Part shown: positions 37,169-47,910 of the stretch, one piece after another
Layout: the number at the start of each line of letters is the position of its first letter
How positions within the stretch are numbered: position 1 is the first letter of the stretch
Origin: a virus
Reading direction: 5' to 3' (one strand)
Virus record (IMG/VR): IMGVR_UViG_3300023179_000058
Coordinates: 1-64,000 of that record
DNA: 64,000 bases
Program-made: the position numbers and the translations under genes
Notes under the pieces: model-generated
Seen by the model: only the letters and a program-made list of their open reading frames with translations
Told to the model about the DNA's origin: nothing
Database searches by the model: none

Positions 37169-37486
37169 ATGGTAATGAGAAAGAAACGGTCCGACAGAAA
37201 CCATGTGCTTTACATGGTGACTTGCGAGGATACAGGCGACACCTATATCGGCTTGACGGTCGCGGTAGGTCAAGCGTACCTCAAGTCCGTCAAGGTTCGG
37301 TGGCAAAAACACCTGAGCCGCGCACGGTGCGAAAACAAGGACTGGAACTTTTGTAATGCTTTGCGAGTCCTTGATGATTGTACTTGGACCTACCAAGTGC
37401 TTGAAGTGGTCCGCGGTCGAAAGAATGCACACCAGCGTGAGCGTGAATTGATCCGCGATTATGAACCTAGCCTCAATACATTTTGA
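37169..37486 (+). CDS. GIY-YIG nuclease-like protein
   Basis: VLY...YIG, RWQKH and ERELI motifs. Confidence 0.75.
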   Translation: MVMRKKRSDRNHVLYMVTCEDTGDTYIGLTVAVGQAYLKSVKVRWQKHLSRARCENKDWNFCNALRVLDDCTWTYQVLEVVRGRKNAHQRERELIRDYEPSLNTF

Positions 37487-38132
37487 CTATGGAAACTAAA
37501 CTTTCGATTGAAGAAATTAATTTGCTTTTTCGTGAAATTGCTGATACAATTTCCGAAGAAAGAATGAATGAGTATGCCGATGAACTTGATATGGAAATGC
37601 TACTTGCAAATCCGCGGTTCTACGGTCCTGATTGTGATGATTGTGATGGTCCTTGGTATTGGGAGGTAAAGTGATGAAAGGTTCAATTCGTTTTTTTCTT
37701 GGCTTGCTGATTGTGTTCGGTGCCGTTGGTACCCTTGAAGTGAATCCTGATGCAAGTTTAATCGCGCAGTTAATTCTGGCTGGCGCAGGTTTGATGTTGA
37801 TGAAGTCCGGTTCGGACGCACTAGGAGGTGTATGATGTTTATTGCAAAGCCAAATGATATGAATTTTTCAAATTCGCAAGAGTTTGCTGATATGTTTGCG
37901 GCGCAAGCGTATTTGGAAGAAACTACTGGAGTCAACATGCCGATGGACGAATGGATCATCCTCGGTAAGATTCTAGAAGTTGGTGTTGACGGTACTCCGG
38001 CAATGCCAGAGTTTTACCCGAAAATGCGTAAGGGTAATATTGTCATGGAAAGGGTTGACATTGAATCCTTCCTGTGATAGAATGATAATGTTGGTTGGTA
38101 ATTTGTTTTTTTCTTAATTTAGGAGATTGATT

Positions 38133-38618
38133 ATGTCGAAGAATCTGCAATATGTGAAGGTGTTTGAGTTACTTCAAAACGCCAAGGGTCCTGTCAAGGT
38201 TTCTGATGTAAAGGCTTTGGATGGCATTGTGCCGACACGCCTTTCCACTTACCTGTGGGAAATCAAGAAAAACACGGGCTTTGCTGTTAAGTCCAATCGT
38301 GACGGTCGCACCGTTGTGAGTTATGAACTTGTTGGTTCGGGAACTGCTCCCGCCCCAAAGGTAGTACAGGTGACTAAGGTAGCCACCACCAAGACTACGA
38401 CTAAGGCTACCACTAAGGCTACTGCAAAAGCCGCGCCTGCTAAAGTGACGAAGGTCGCTAAGGCAAAGGCTATCGCGAGTGAAATGGAAGACGATGTTCT
38501 TCCGACTGCTAAGATGGTCAAGAATGCCAATGTGTTTGACGCATTGGATGAGATTGATACCACGACCGCTGACTTTGAGGATCGTGAGTATGCATCGCAG
38601 TATGTGAAGGGAATGTAA
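38133..38618 (+). CDS. putative DNA-binding protein with Lys/Ala/Thr-rich linker
   Basis: HTH-like N-terminus; TKATTKATAKAA repeats; acidic tail. Confidence 0.5.
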   Translation: MSKNLQYVKVFELLQNAKGPVKVSDVKALDGIVPTRLSTYLWEIKKNTGFAVKSNRDGRTVVSYELVGSGTAPAPKVVQVTKVATTKTTTKATTKATAKAAPAKVTKVAKAKAIASEMEDDVLPTAKMVKNANVFDALDEIDTTTADFEDREYASQYVKGM

Positions 38619-38800
38619 AATCATGAACCTGGGACAGGCGAACACCGGTTCGCCTGACCTAATCCCTCTAGTGCTTGAAGCATGGAATCAGGGTTACTCA
38701 GGCGAACAGGTTGTGCTATACATATGCCACAAGACTGGTTGCACTATTGGCGAAGCGAAGGACGCAATTGAGCAAGTTTATTTGACAATGAAGGATTAAA

Positions 38801-39289
38801 GTGATTAATAAAATCTACCTTGATATGGATGGCGTTCTATGCGACTTTGATAAGCGTTGGCTTAAATTGTTTAATGAAACGCCTAGACAAACCCGCGAAA
38901 GAAAAGAATTTGTTCCTAACTGGGACACTTTCGTTTTGAATGAAAACTTTGTAACATTGGATGATTTTCCTGGCTCAGACGATTTGCTAAAATTCGTTAT
39001 ATCAAAATCTGATACTGTTGATATTGAAATTCTGTCCTCAAGTGGCGGGCAGAAGTACCATAACGAAGTGAGGGATCAAAAGTTGCGATACCTCAAGGCG
39101 CGTGGTTTGCATTTTCCCACTAACATTGTTCCAGGTCGCAAGTTGAAACAAAACTATGCAACACCTGATTCTATTCTTATTGATGACACCGAAGATGTAA
39201 TTGAAGCCTTTAATCGTGCAGGTGGCATCGGTATCTTGCATAAAGACGCGAGTGAAACTCTAACTGTTTTAAAGGAAATTTTTAAGTGA
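38801..39289 (+). CDS. second HAD 5'-deoxyribonucleotidase (NT5C-like)
   Basis: YLDMDGVL and LIDD motifs. Confidence 0.8.
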   Translation: MINKIYLDMDGVLCDFDKRWLKLFNETPRQTRERKEFVPNWDTFVLNENFVTLDDFPGSDDLLKFVISKSDTVDIEILSSSGGQKYHNEVRDQKLRYLKARGLHFPTNIVPGRKLKQNYATPDSILIDDTEDVIEAFNRAGGIGILHKDASETLTVLKEIFK

Positions 39290-40473
39290 AAACTTTCAGT
39301 ACATTCGAATCGGTTGATGGTATGAATGGTTGCATGAAACGCCCTATTGTGGTTCATGCGAAACAGATTACCGAAGATTTTCGCGTTGATACACTCGAAG
39401 GTAATTACAAGCAAGGAAAAGCAGGTGATTACTTAATGCGCGGTATCGAAGGCGAACTTTATATTTGTGATAAAGCAATTTTTGAAAAAACTTATGATTG
39501 GGTGCCACATGAGTAATGGACTAATGATTGATTGGGATACGGCTGATCGTATCACCTTATTGACACTCCAGAATTATCGTGATAACCTACAAGATCATTT
39601 GAACGGCGGCGCTGATGGAAGCCGATGGTTGCATCCAGATGATGAAACGCATAATCGTGCAATGATCCAAGCAATCAATTTTGTAATCAAAGACTTTGGC
39701 GGAGCCTAGCATGGCTGAGCCAATGACAGAGGAAGACCTAATCTATCGGGCATGGCGTGATAGTGAATCGTATCAAGTGCCAATGACAAGAGAAGGCGAA
39801 GAAAAAGCGCAGGCGCGATTCTATGCATTTCGCAAAGGATGGAACTATGCTAAGTTTCACACTAAGCATAATGATATTTACATGAAGGACTACTACGAAC
39901 ATGGACCAAGACTTTGAACGATTGAATGATATGCTCAAGGATCATTTCACTCATGTGGAACGAGCCTACTTGGGCACTGGTATTGGATGGTACAATCTCA
40001 TCTATACTTTGACCAATTGCATTGATCGCCGGCTTGAACACCTAAACAAGGATGGTGGCAATCGTAAAGTAGTCATCGCACAAATCAAAGAAAAGTTTGG
40101 TGGTCTTCGGTATTATGCTGACGGTGATGTAGACGAACAAATGGATGGCATGATTGACTTTGCCGAGTCTTTGAGTTATACTATCTGTGAAGAGTGTGGT
40201 CAACCTGGCAAACTTAGAAGCGGCGGTTGGATTCGCACTCTCTGTGATGTGCATGAAGCCAAACGGCAAGAATATTATAAAGGTTTAAATGATGAACGAC
40301 TTTGAAGTACATGAGATTGGATCGTTTACAGAGATTAAATTGTCTCGCGCATTGGCTCGAACGATTGAACAGAATCTTATTCAATTCGGTAATGTGATGC
40401 CGCAAGATGTAATCAATGCATATCACGAATTAAGAAAACATTATCAATGGCAAATTGAACAAGGAGCAATGTC

Positions 40474-40761
40474 ATGAGTGTAGCAGAATGGGAAACTAAA
40501 GATAAGAACAAACTCCGTAAGTGGCTTGGTGAACACCTAGCATACGGACCTGTAACTGTTGTCTTTGAAAAGAAAGATGGCACCTTGCGTGAAATGCGTT
40601 GCACATTGAAAGATGTGCCTGAGTACGAACGCAAAACTGAGAGCGAAACGCCTCGCAAGAAAAATGATGAAGTAATGTCCGTGTTTGATATGGACAAAAG
40701 CGAATGGCGTTCTTTTCGTATTGATTCAATTAAAGAAATTAAATTTGATTTAACATCATGA
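40474..40761 (+). CDS. WYL_2/SH3-like protein
   Basis: FEKKDGTLREMRCT and WRSFR motifs. Confidence 0.7.
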   Translation: MSVAEWETKDKNKLRKWLGEHLAYGPVTVVFEKKDGTLREMRCTLKDVPEYERKTESETPRKKNDEVMSVFDMDKSEWRSFRIDSIKEIKFDLTS

Positions 40762-41474
40762 AAAAACTATCTGCACTAGCACTCGCAATCGCATGTGGCG
40801 TAGCAAACGCAAACATTCGTGGCGAAGGAGAACACCGTTTTGGTCCTGAGACTGCCGAGAATGTTGCATGTGCTATTGCAGAAGAAAAAGCGAAAGAGAA
40901 TGCAATTGCAAACTTTGTTGGTGAATTGATTGAGCATCAAACCAACGAAGTGTGCCGAGATACACAATGCACCACACACCGCGCTTACTTTTCAGAAGTA
41001 AGTGGCGAGATTCGTAGAATCATTCGCAAACAGTCTTTTGTCGCACCAGACAACAAGGCATCTGTTTGCATTGTTGAAATTGATGCCGATGTGGTGAAGA
41101 TTGAAAACTCTATTGATCTAAGAGTTAAAGGTAAGAATCAACTACTGAATGGCGAACGATTTGGTCTGCAAATGGTTTCTAATCGAACCGGCAACCTCGC
41201 TATATTTAATATGACTGACGATAAGTATAGATTGATCCATATGATTCGAATCGATAAGCCAAACTCGGAATTCACATTCCCAAATGGCGGCAAGTTTCAA
41301 GCAATTCTACCAAACGGCAAATACCAATCCAATGAATTGCTTGTCTTTTTATTTACTGAGAACGATTTGACATTTGACGATGTTTACAGTAAAATGGAGT
41401 TTGAAAGGTTAGTGAAAGACTTGCCATTCAAAAATAGGAAGTTGATTAGTCATCAAATTAACATTACGAGGTAA
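40758..41474 (+). CDS. secreted hypothetical protein
   Basis: Signal peptide; next to lipoprotein genes. Confidence 0.6.
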   Translation: MKKLSALALAIACGVANANIRGEGEHRFGPETAENVACAIAEEKAKENAIANFVGELIEHQTNEVCRDTQCTTHRAYFSEVSGEIRRIIRKQSFVAPDNKASVCIVEIDADVVKIENSIDLRVKGKNQLLNGERFGLQMVSNRTGNLAIFNMTDDKYRLIHMIRIDKPNSEFTFPNGGKFQAILPNGKYQSNELLVFLFTENDLTFDDVYSKMEFERLVKDLPFKNRKLISHQINITR

Positions 41475-41476
41475 TT

Positions 41477-41617
41477 ATGAAGTATTTGTTTGTTATGATT
41501 TGTGCCGCCATGCTATCTGCATGTGGTACAATTGGTGGTGCAATGCAAGGCGCAGGACAGGATTTGAATGCCGCTGGCACCTATGTTAAAAATGTCGGAA
41601 GGAGTGAGAATCGATGA
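41477..41617 (+). CDS. entericidin EcnA/B-like lipoprotein (46 aa)
   Basis: MKYLFVMICAAMLSACGTIGGAMQGAGQDL; lipobox LSAC; not in the ORF track. Confidence 0.7.
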   Translation: MKYLFVMICAAMLSACGTIGGAMQGAGQDLNAAGTYVKNVGRSENR

Positions 41618-42231
41618 ACCAGACGCTATGTTATGTTTTGCTTCCCATTGTAGTTTCGTTGGCGGCATGTAGTTCCGTACCAACAAGCAATGGCGTTACA
41701 GTAAAGAATGAACGGATGTTTACGAATGAAGTAAACTATCCTAGTTGGTATACCGAAGCACCAAAGAAAGACGATAAAGGAATCTATGCCGTTGGCTCTG
41801 AGTATTCGAAAGACTTTCAATTCTCAGTAGACAAGGCTATGCTTTCCGCAAAGCGTGAACTTGCGTCACAGTTTTCGTCATACACTAGTGCAATGATGAA
41901 AGACTTTGCATATGAGTCTGGCATGACTGGCTCTGATGTAGCAAGGGCTGATCTAGAGCGTACAACTAAAATGGTTGTTGCGCGAGTGAACCTTGTTGGC
42001 GTACAGCGCGTAAACATGAAGACTGTGCATGAAGAAAATGGTTATCGTACATTCGTGCGACTGCTATATAACGAAGATGCATCCAATCAAATTCTGCTGA
42101 GTGAGATTCGTAGAAACCAAGCATTGTATGCTAGATTCCGTGCGTCAAAGTCATTCCAAGAACTTGAACGCGAAACTGATAAAATCGATCAACAAAAAGT
42201 AGAAGAGATAAAGGCTCTTACTCAGCAATAA
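41614..42231 (+). CDS. LPP20-like lipoprotein
   Basis: Lipobox LAAC; PSWY and AKRELA motifs. Confidence 0.7.
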   Translation: MNQTLCYVLLPIVVSLAACSSVPTSNGVTVKNERMFTNEVNYPSWYTEAPKKDDKGIYAVGSEYSKDFQFSVDKAMLSAKRELASQFSSYTSAMMKDFAYESGMTGSDVARADLERTTKMVVARVNLVGVQRVNMKTVHEENGYRTFVRLLYNEDASNQILLSEIRRNQALYARFRASKSFQELERETDKIDQQKVEEIKALTQQ

Positions 42232-42241
42232 GGAGACTGAC

Positions 42242-42721
42242 ATGCCTAACTGGTGTAATAATTCATTTAATGTCGAAGGCGACAAAGAAGCCATTGATAA
42301 ATTTGAAGCCTTTCTCGAAGGTAATAACGGCAAAGACTGGTTCGATTTTTTTGCGCCAACACCTGCTGAATTGAAAGATGAAGGTTGGTACAATTGGAAT
42401 ATATCCAATTGGGGTTGCAAATGGAATTGCGATGCCCAAGATTGGGTACGAGAAGGAAATAGAATTTCCTTCTGGTTTGATTCTCCATGGGGTCCGCCTG
42501 TTGAACTGTACTACAAAATTGAACATGCTGGTCTGACTGTGCAAGCAGAATACATGGAAGAAGGTATGCGATTTGTTGGTGAGTTTATTGATGGTAGCCA
42601 TGAGACTTACGAATATCAAGATGTAGAAGACTTGGACGATATTCCAGAACATTTGGTCGAGAATTGGAACTTGTACGACCAATTTGAATCTTGGGAAGAT
42701 GAAGACGAGGACGAAGAATGA
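42242..42721 (+). CDS. DUF1281/YubB-like protein
   Basis: MPNWCNN, WNISNWGCKW and FDSPWGPP motifs. Confidence 0.75.
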   Translation: MPNWCNNSFNVEGDKEAIDKFEAFLEGNNGKDWFDFFAPTPAELKDEGWYNWNISNWGCKWNCDAQDWVREGNRISFWFDSPWGPPVELYYKIEHAGLTVQAEYMEEGMRFVGEFIDGSHETYEYQDVEDLDDIPEHLVENWNLYDQFESWEDEDEDEE

Positions 42722-43117
42722 GATTCCTTTCTGGCGTTATCATAGGCGTTTTTATTTGTACTGTTGGTTTTGTTGAGGTTGTGAATATTGTATCCAAAGG
42801 TATTCGCATCATTGAACATACTGTACAAGATCAATGGATGCAAGATCGTGGTCGGATTCGTCATCCGCAACCAGTTGAGGTAAACAATGACAAAACAATA
42901 TGATGGATTGTCCGAACGCGATATTGAAAATTTGAATTTTCTTGCCAATGCATCCGATGAGGTACTGCGCGATTGGATGTGCAATTTTGCCGACCAAGAC
43001 GATTTGGAATATGCAGGTGAACTGCTGGAAATGCTAAGATACCGCCTCCTTGACTTTGCGGCAGAACGATCCGACCTATCCGAAAGCCGTAAAATTCTCT
43101 CAAAATACGCCGCCGAC

Positions 43118-43298
43118 TGACCGGTTTTCCGGGCTTTTGGGCGGCTTTTTCGGCTTGCTGATAGTCTGACCCTCACCCCCTAGAAAAAACCGCCCTAAAT
43201 CGTTGTTTTTTAGACAACATTTGTTGCTTTTTAGACAACAGTTGGGAAAAAACAACACTTTAAATAGTGCTTGACATGGGTGCCCATTGTGCTATACT
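43118..43298 (+). repeat. GC-rich stem-loop/promoter cassette, copy 2
   Basis: Repeat of the 36994 cassette; three GTTG-N8/9-CAACA boxes; TTGACA...TATACT. Confidence 0.8.
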
Positions 43299-43329
43299 AG
43301 AGTCTGAGATTGAGAAAACGGAGATAGAT

Positions 43330-43668
43330 ATGACGATGGAAACTGCTCTCGAAACCCTAAAGAATGACATTGTGGCTGACTACGAAGGTTGGCAGACACT
43401 AAGCGGCAAACCCCGTACCGAAATCCAAGCCCGTATGCTTGACGAATTTATCAATGGCATCCGAATTGACGAAGGTAGCAAGTACATCAAAGTGGTGACT
43501 GGCTCTTCCGTTTGGGGTTTCATTGTGAAGACTGATACCGATAAGAAATTTCGCAAAGGCGATATTCTGAAAGCGGCTGGTTGGGCGGCTCCTGCGCGTA
43601 ACGCGGCTCGCGGTAACATTCTTGACGGTGGCTATACGATTCGTTGGACTGGTCCTCTTTATCTCTAA
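43330..43668 (+). CDS. hypothetical protein
   Basis: GDILKAAGWAAPARN motif. Confidence 0.65.
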   Translation: MTMETALETLKNDIVADYEGWQTLSGKPRTEIQARMLDEFINGIRIDEGSKYIKVVTGSSVWGFIVKTDTDKKFRKGDILKAAGWAAPARNAARGNILDGGYTIRWTGPLYL

Positions 43669-44265
43669 AGGAATTTTCTCATGGTTATGCTTGTCATTCA
43701 AACCCAAGTTTATGAAAACTATGGCGCCCATGATTGGGATGGCACCGGTGTGTGTCCCGATTACTGGAAGGCTAAAGGCGGGCATGAGTACAAAATTAAA
43801 AATGTTCCTCTAAATACAGATTATGAGGAAATTGTATCCATTGCTGGCGTGGAAAAAAGCAATGAATACATCCGTGAGCATATTCTAGGCTGGACCATTG
43901 AGAATGACGATTACCTATCGTGGTTTGAAAAGTCTCAGTTGGAGTATGATGGCAGTATTGTATATCCAGAACCGTCCGTAGAGTATGCGGACCTTATTGA
44001 GGAAGGAACTGTAGCATGATTATAGGCGAATTTATTTCAATTTATCCGTTGATGAATCAAATCAATTTATATCTTGAAATCCTTAAAGAACATTTCGTAG
44101 GTGCAAAATGAGTAAGATGGGTGACCTACTAATTGAGATTGAAGAGTTACATGCCATGGGGTTTAATCCAGATGAAATATCTAAAACAACCGGCATGTCG
44201 TTGCGTTTTATTCTTGAGGTACTTGAAAATTTAGAACCTGATTTTTTAAACGAAGAACCATATTA

Positions 44266-44751
44266 ATGTACGAATTTATTTTCAATGACAGATATGATAA
44301 ATCTCTTATACGAATCCTAGACATTATCTGGAAAGACTTGGATGAAGAGGCGGCACAAATGCCGAGCAGAACCAAGCAAGAGATTTTCAACAAAATTTGC
44401 TCCGACTTGAAAGCAAAGACAACCTTTGCTATTCACAAGTCGGATGTTGTTTTTTATGTAGAGCCTGACAGTCCTTGGGTTGCAAGGATTCATATTTTTA
44501 CAGTAGACGAAGGCGTGTTTGGTCGTGAAAGATTGAAAGCCGCGGCTGAATTAACTTCATTTATTTTCCGTAATACTAAATTTGAAAAACTTTATGGGGT
44601 AACTGCCAATAAAAAATTTATTCTTATGGCAAAGTATTCCAAATGGAAGCCAGGACAAGAAGGTATTCTTACAAAGTCTTATAAAACAAAAGATGGACAA
44701 TTGATTGATCAATATTTAATAAGCGTAAATAAATCGGAATTCATGAAATGA
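44266..44751 (+). CDS. putative GNAT-fold (RimJ/DUF2824-like) protein
   Basis: C-terminal EGILTKSY..DG.LIDQYL pattern. Confidence 0.45.
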   Translation: MYEFIFNDRYDKSLIRILDIIWKDLDEEAAQMPSRTKQEIFNKICSDLKAKTTFAIHKSDVVFYVEPDSPWVARIHIFTVDEGVFGRERLKAAAELTSFIFRNTKFEKLYGVTANKKFILMAKYSKWKPGQEGILTKSYKTKDGQLIDQYLISVNKSEFMK

Positions 44752-45378
44752 AACTATCACTACATGACCGCATGACAAGATACAATTGGTACCACAAAGC
44801 AATCACTCAATTTACCTTGATGGAGTGGTTTGTTTTATTTTCTCTTTTTGGTTATTTAATTTATGTAACATATGAAATCCTATCGGCAATATTATTTTGA
44901 ACATGCAATGAAACAAATTCGCGTTGCATTGACAATGCTTTGGCATGGTGTTATAATGAATAAAGGTCATCATAGCACATGGAGGAAAAAATAATGTGGA
45001 CTGTACTCAATTTAGTTTTCTCATGGTGGGCATGGCAGTCTGCATCCAGCGCGTTTGAAAACAAACATGATGGGCTAGGTTGGACAATGATATTTGTAAG
45101 TGCAATAAATTTTGCATCCGCATTGGTAAGCATAGGTCTATAATGGAAGACATTGTTTACCGACTACGCAAAAGAGCAGAAATTCGTAGGCAGATTCCTA
45201 CTCGCAAAAGTGTGCAAGAAGGCGCACCTGATCGTATTGCAGATTTGCTAGAAGAAGCCGCAAGTGAAATTGAACGGCTTCGTTTGCTTTATGCCGCAGA
45301 TATGATGAGCGATAAAAATTATAAAGAAGGTACTTTCGAAGAGCAAGAAAAGTTTAACCGTGAAAGAAACTATCCATT

Positions 45379-45972
45379 ATGAATATCTTTTATCTAGACC
45401 GTGATCCAAAAACTTGTGCAGAAATGCATTGCGATAAACATGTTGTCAAGATGATTATCGAATATGCACAACTATTGTCAACCGCACACCGTATACTAGA
45501 CGGATATCAAATTATCGAAAAAAGATATGTTGCAGGCTCTTTACCTGCGCGTTGGCGCAATGTAAAAGTTTGGCAACACCCAAATGTATACATGCACAAA
45601 GGCTTAATGAAGGCATCACATATTAATCACCCATCAAACATATGGGTTCGCGAAAGCAAAGAGAATTACATGTGGCTATGTCAGATGTGGCTATGGCTCA
45701 TGAAAGAATATACACATCGTTATGGCAAACATCATGCGTGTGAGAATCGCGTAGAGTATCTAATGGATGCACCTAAAAACATTCCATCAAAAGCATTTAC
45801 TGATCCAACTCCTGCCATGCCTGAGTACTGTAAAGTGCCTATGAATTCGCTTTCCTCATATCACAATTACTATATACAAGAGAAGGTTCGCTTTGCTAAG
45901 TGGACAGCGCGAGAGATGCCTACTTGGTATAAGCAAGGAGTTACAGATGCCAACATACAACTTCCAGCATAA
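45379..45972 (+). CDS. pyrimidine-dimer DNA glycosylase/DenV-like protein
   Basis: MNIFYLD...HCDKHVVKM and HINHPS motifs. Confidence 0.75.
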   Translation: MNIFYLDRDPKTCAEMHCDKHVVKMIIEYAQLLSTAHRILDGYQIIEKRYVAGSLPARWRNVKVWQHPNVYMHKGLMKASHINHPSNIWVRESKENYMWLCQMWLWLMKEYTHRYGKHHACENRVEYLMDAPKNIPSKAFTDPTPAMPEYCKVPMNSLSSYHNYYIQEKVRFAKWTAREMPTWYKQGVTDANIQLPA

Positions 45973-46183
45973 AGAGACTGGTGAGATTATAGAAAAGATG
46001 ATGAAAATTAGTGAGAGGGAAGAGTTCTTAAAAGAACATCCTGAATATGAGAGCGTGATTTTAGCCGCACCAAGTTTAGGTGATCCAGTTCGTTTAGGGG
46101 TCCGTAAACCTGATGCAGGATTTAGAGAGGTTCTGCAAAAGGCAAAAGCGGCTCACCCTAGAGGTAACATCAATACATTTTGA
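45947..46183 (+). CDS. FmdB-like small protein
   Basis: MPTYNF start; precedes phoH. Confidence 0.6.
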   Translation: MPTYNFQHKETGEIIEKMMKISEREEFLKEHPEYESVILAAPSLGDPVRLGVRKPDAGFREVLQKAKAAHPRGNINTF

Positions 46184-46218
46184 GAAGGTGCGCCGATTAA
46201 CTACTATAAAGGTAACAC

Positions 46219-46974
46219 ATGGCGCGAAAACCTGTTGCAAACACAGAACCAGAAATTAACTCAAGGCAACTTAAAACTATTAACAACTCACTCAAAGTAA
46301 GATTAGATGATCTAAAAACCTTTCAGCCATTAACAGACAACCAAAAAGCATTTTTCAATGCGTATAAGCGAGGAGACTACTTTATAGCATTACATGGTGT
46401 CGCAGGTACCGGTAAAACTTTCTGCGCTTTGTATAAAGCATTAGAAGAGGTACTTGATAAATCAAACCCATTCAAAAAAATTATTATCGTTCGTTCGGCA
46501 GTACCTTCAAGAGAAATAGGACACTTGCCAGGCGACTTAGATGAGAAGACAGAAATTTATCGTCAGCCATATCGACAAATTTGCGAAACTCTTTTCGCAA
46601 GAAAAGATGCATACGATAGATTAGAAGAGCAAGGCTTTGTGGAATTTATTTCCACATCGTTCATTCGCGGTATGAGTTTTGATGATGCAATTATCTTAGT
46701 TGATGAAATGCAAAATTTAACATATGAGGAAATAGATACAGTTATGACGCGAGTTGGTTATCGTTCCAAAATTATTTGGTGTGGTGATTATCGCCAAACA
46801 GACTTGAATAAGAAGCGTAATGATATGAGCGGTATTCTGAAATTCTTTGACATTGCACATCACATGGCATCATTCACAAGAATTGAATTTACGGTTAATG
46901 ATATTGTTCGTTCCTCACTAGTAAAAGACTACATATTAGCAAAGATTAAATATGAAGACAATATCGAAAAGTGA
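46219..46974 (+). CDS. phoH: PhoH-like ATPase
   Basis: GVAGTGKT, RGMSF, DEMQN and GDYRQ motifs. Confidence 0.93.
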   Translation: MARKPVANTEPEINSRQLKTINNSLKVRLDDLKTFQPLTDNQKAFFNAYKRGDYFIALHGVAGTGKTFCALYKALEEVLDKSNPFKKIIIVRSAVPSREIGHLPGDLDEKTEIYRQPYRQICETLFARKDAYDRLEEQGFVEFISTSFIRGMSFDDAIILVDEMQNLTYEEIDTVMTRVGYRSKIIWCGDYRQTDLNKKRNDMSGILKFFDIAHHMASFTRIEFTVNDIVRSSLVKDYILAKIKYEDNIEK

Positions 46975-46979
46975 AATAA

Positions 46980-47642
46980 ATGTTTACCCACAAATTTGTT
47001 GAGTTAGCGCCACTACAGACTACAACTATAGACGGCAAACGACATTATCAAACACCTGATGGATTGGTCTATCCATCAGTTACCACAATCACATCCCTAC
47101 ACGGCAAGGAAGGAATCCTTGAGTGGCGCAAGCGTGTAGGCGAAGAAGAAGCAAATAAAATATCCACTAGAGCCGCATCACGCGGCACTAGGGTACACAA
47201 ACTTTGCGAAGATTATCTTAACAACGAACTATCTTTTACCGGTGCGATGCCTAACAGTATTGCATTGTTCAAACAAATACAACCATTCATTGACAATTAT
47301 GTTGGTGAAGTGTATGGCATTGAATGTCCTCTGTATTCTCATCACCTGCGCGTAGCAGGCAAGAGTGATTGTATTGCACAATTTGATGGTAAAAACGCAG
47401 TTATAGATTTTAAGACAGCAAACAAACCAAAACAAGAACATTGGATTCAAAACTACTTTATGCAATGTGCGGCATACGCCGTAGCGTTTGAAGAGCGAAC
47501 CGGTATATCAATTCCTCGCATTGCGATTGTAGTTGCAGTTGAAGGTGACAGTCCGCAACTTTTTGTAAAGAAGCGTGACGATTATATTGATATGTTTATT
47601 TCTTATAGGAAGCAATACGATGAACAATTACTACTTGGATGA
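46980..47642 (+). CDS. PD-(D/E)XK exonuclease
   Basis: YPSVTT, GTRVH, DFKT and QCAAY motifs. Confidence 0.85.
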   Translation: MFTHKFVELAPLQTTTIDGKRHYQTPDGLVYPSVTTITSLHGKEGILEWRKRVGEEEANKISTRAASRGTRVHKLCEDYLNNELSFTGAMPNSIALFKQIQPFIDNYVGEVYGIECPLYSHHLRVAGKSDCIAQFDGKNAVIDFKTANKPKQEHWIQNYFMQCAAYAVAFEERTGISIPRIAIVVAVEGDSPQLFVKKRDDYIDMFISYRKQYDEQLLLG

Positions 47643-47910
47643 AAAACAAAAAGAGATTATGAGCATTGCACAGGAAGAATGTGCAGAAGTTGTTCAAGCA
47701 ATTAGTAAAATTTTTAGATTCGGATTAGATGAATCATTCGAAGGTAAGACTAATCGCGAAAGATTGACAAGTGAACTAGGTGATCTTCAATGCATGATTA
47801 CACTACTTAAACAGTATGAAGTAGTTGATGATTTTAAAGTACATCAAGCCGAACTTGCAAAAAGAACTCGCCTTAGCAAATGGTCTAACATCTTTACTGA
47901 GGTACAGTAA
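47620..47910 (+). CDS. MazG-like NTP pyrophosphohydrolase
   Basis: EECAE...ELGD motifs. Confidence 0.8.
   Translation: MNNYYLDEKQKEIMSIAQEECAEVVQAISKIFRFGLDESFEGKTNRERLTSELGDLQCMITLLKQYEVVDDFKVHQAELAKRTRLSKWSNIFTEVQ

Larger units (their letters stand above)
31600..44019 (+). other. early/accessory region: dozens of short ORFs behind repeated box-plus-sigma70 promoter modules
   Basis: Dense short plus-strand ORFs with RBSs; TTGAC-type promoters at about 31631, 32079, 32326, 32828, 35882, 37134 and 43271. Confidence 0.75.

Noticed and set aside
31600-43257. CRISPR-like array from repeated CAACA boxes, with the exonuclease at 46980 as Cas4
   Set aside because: The repeats are dispersed promoter elements without regular spacers. 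The nuclease lacks the Cas4 Cys cluster and no cas operon is present.
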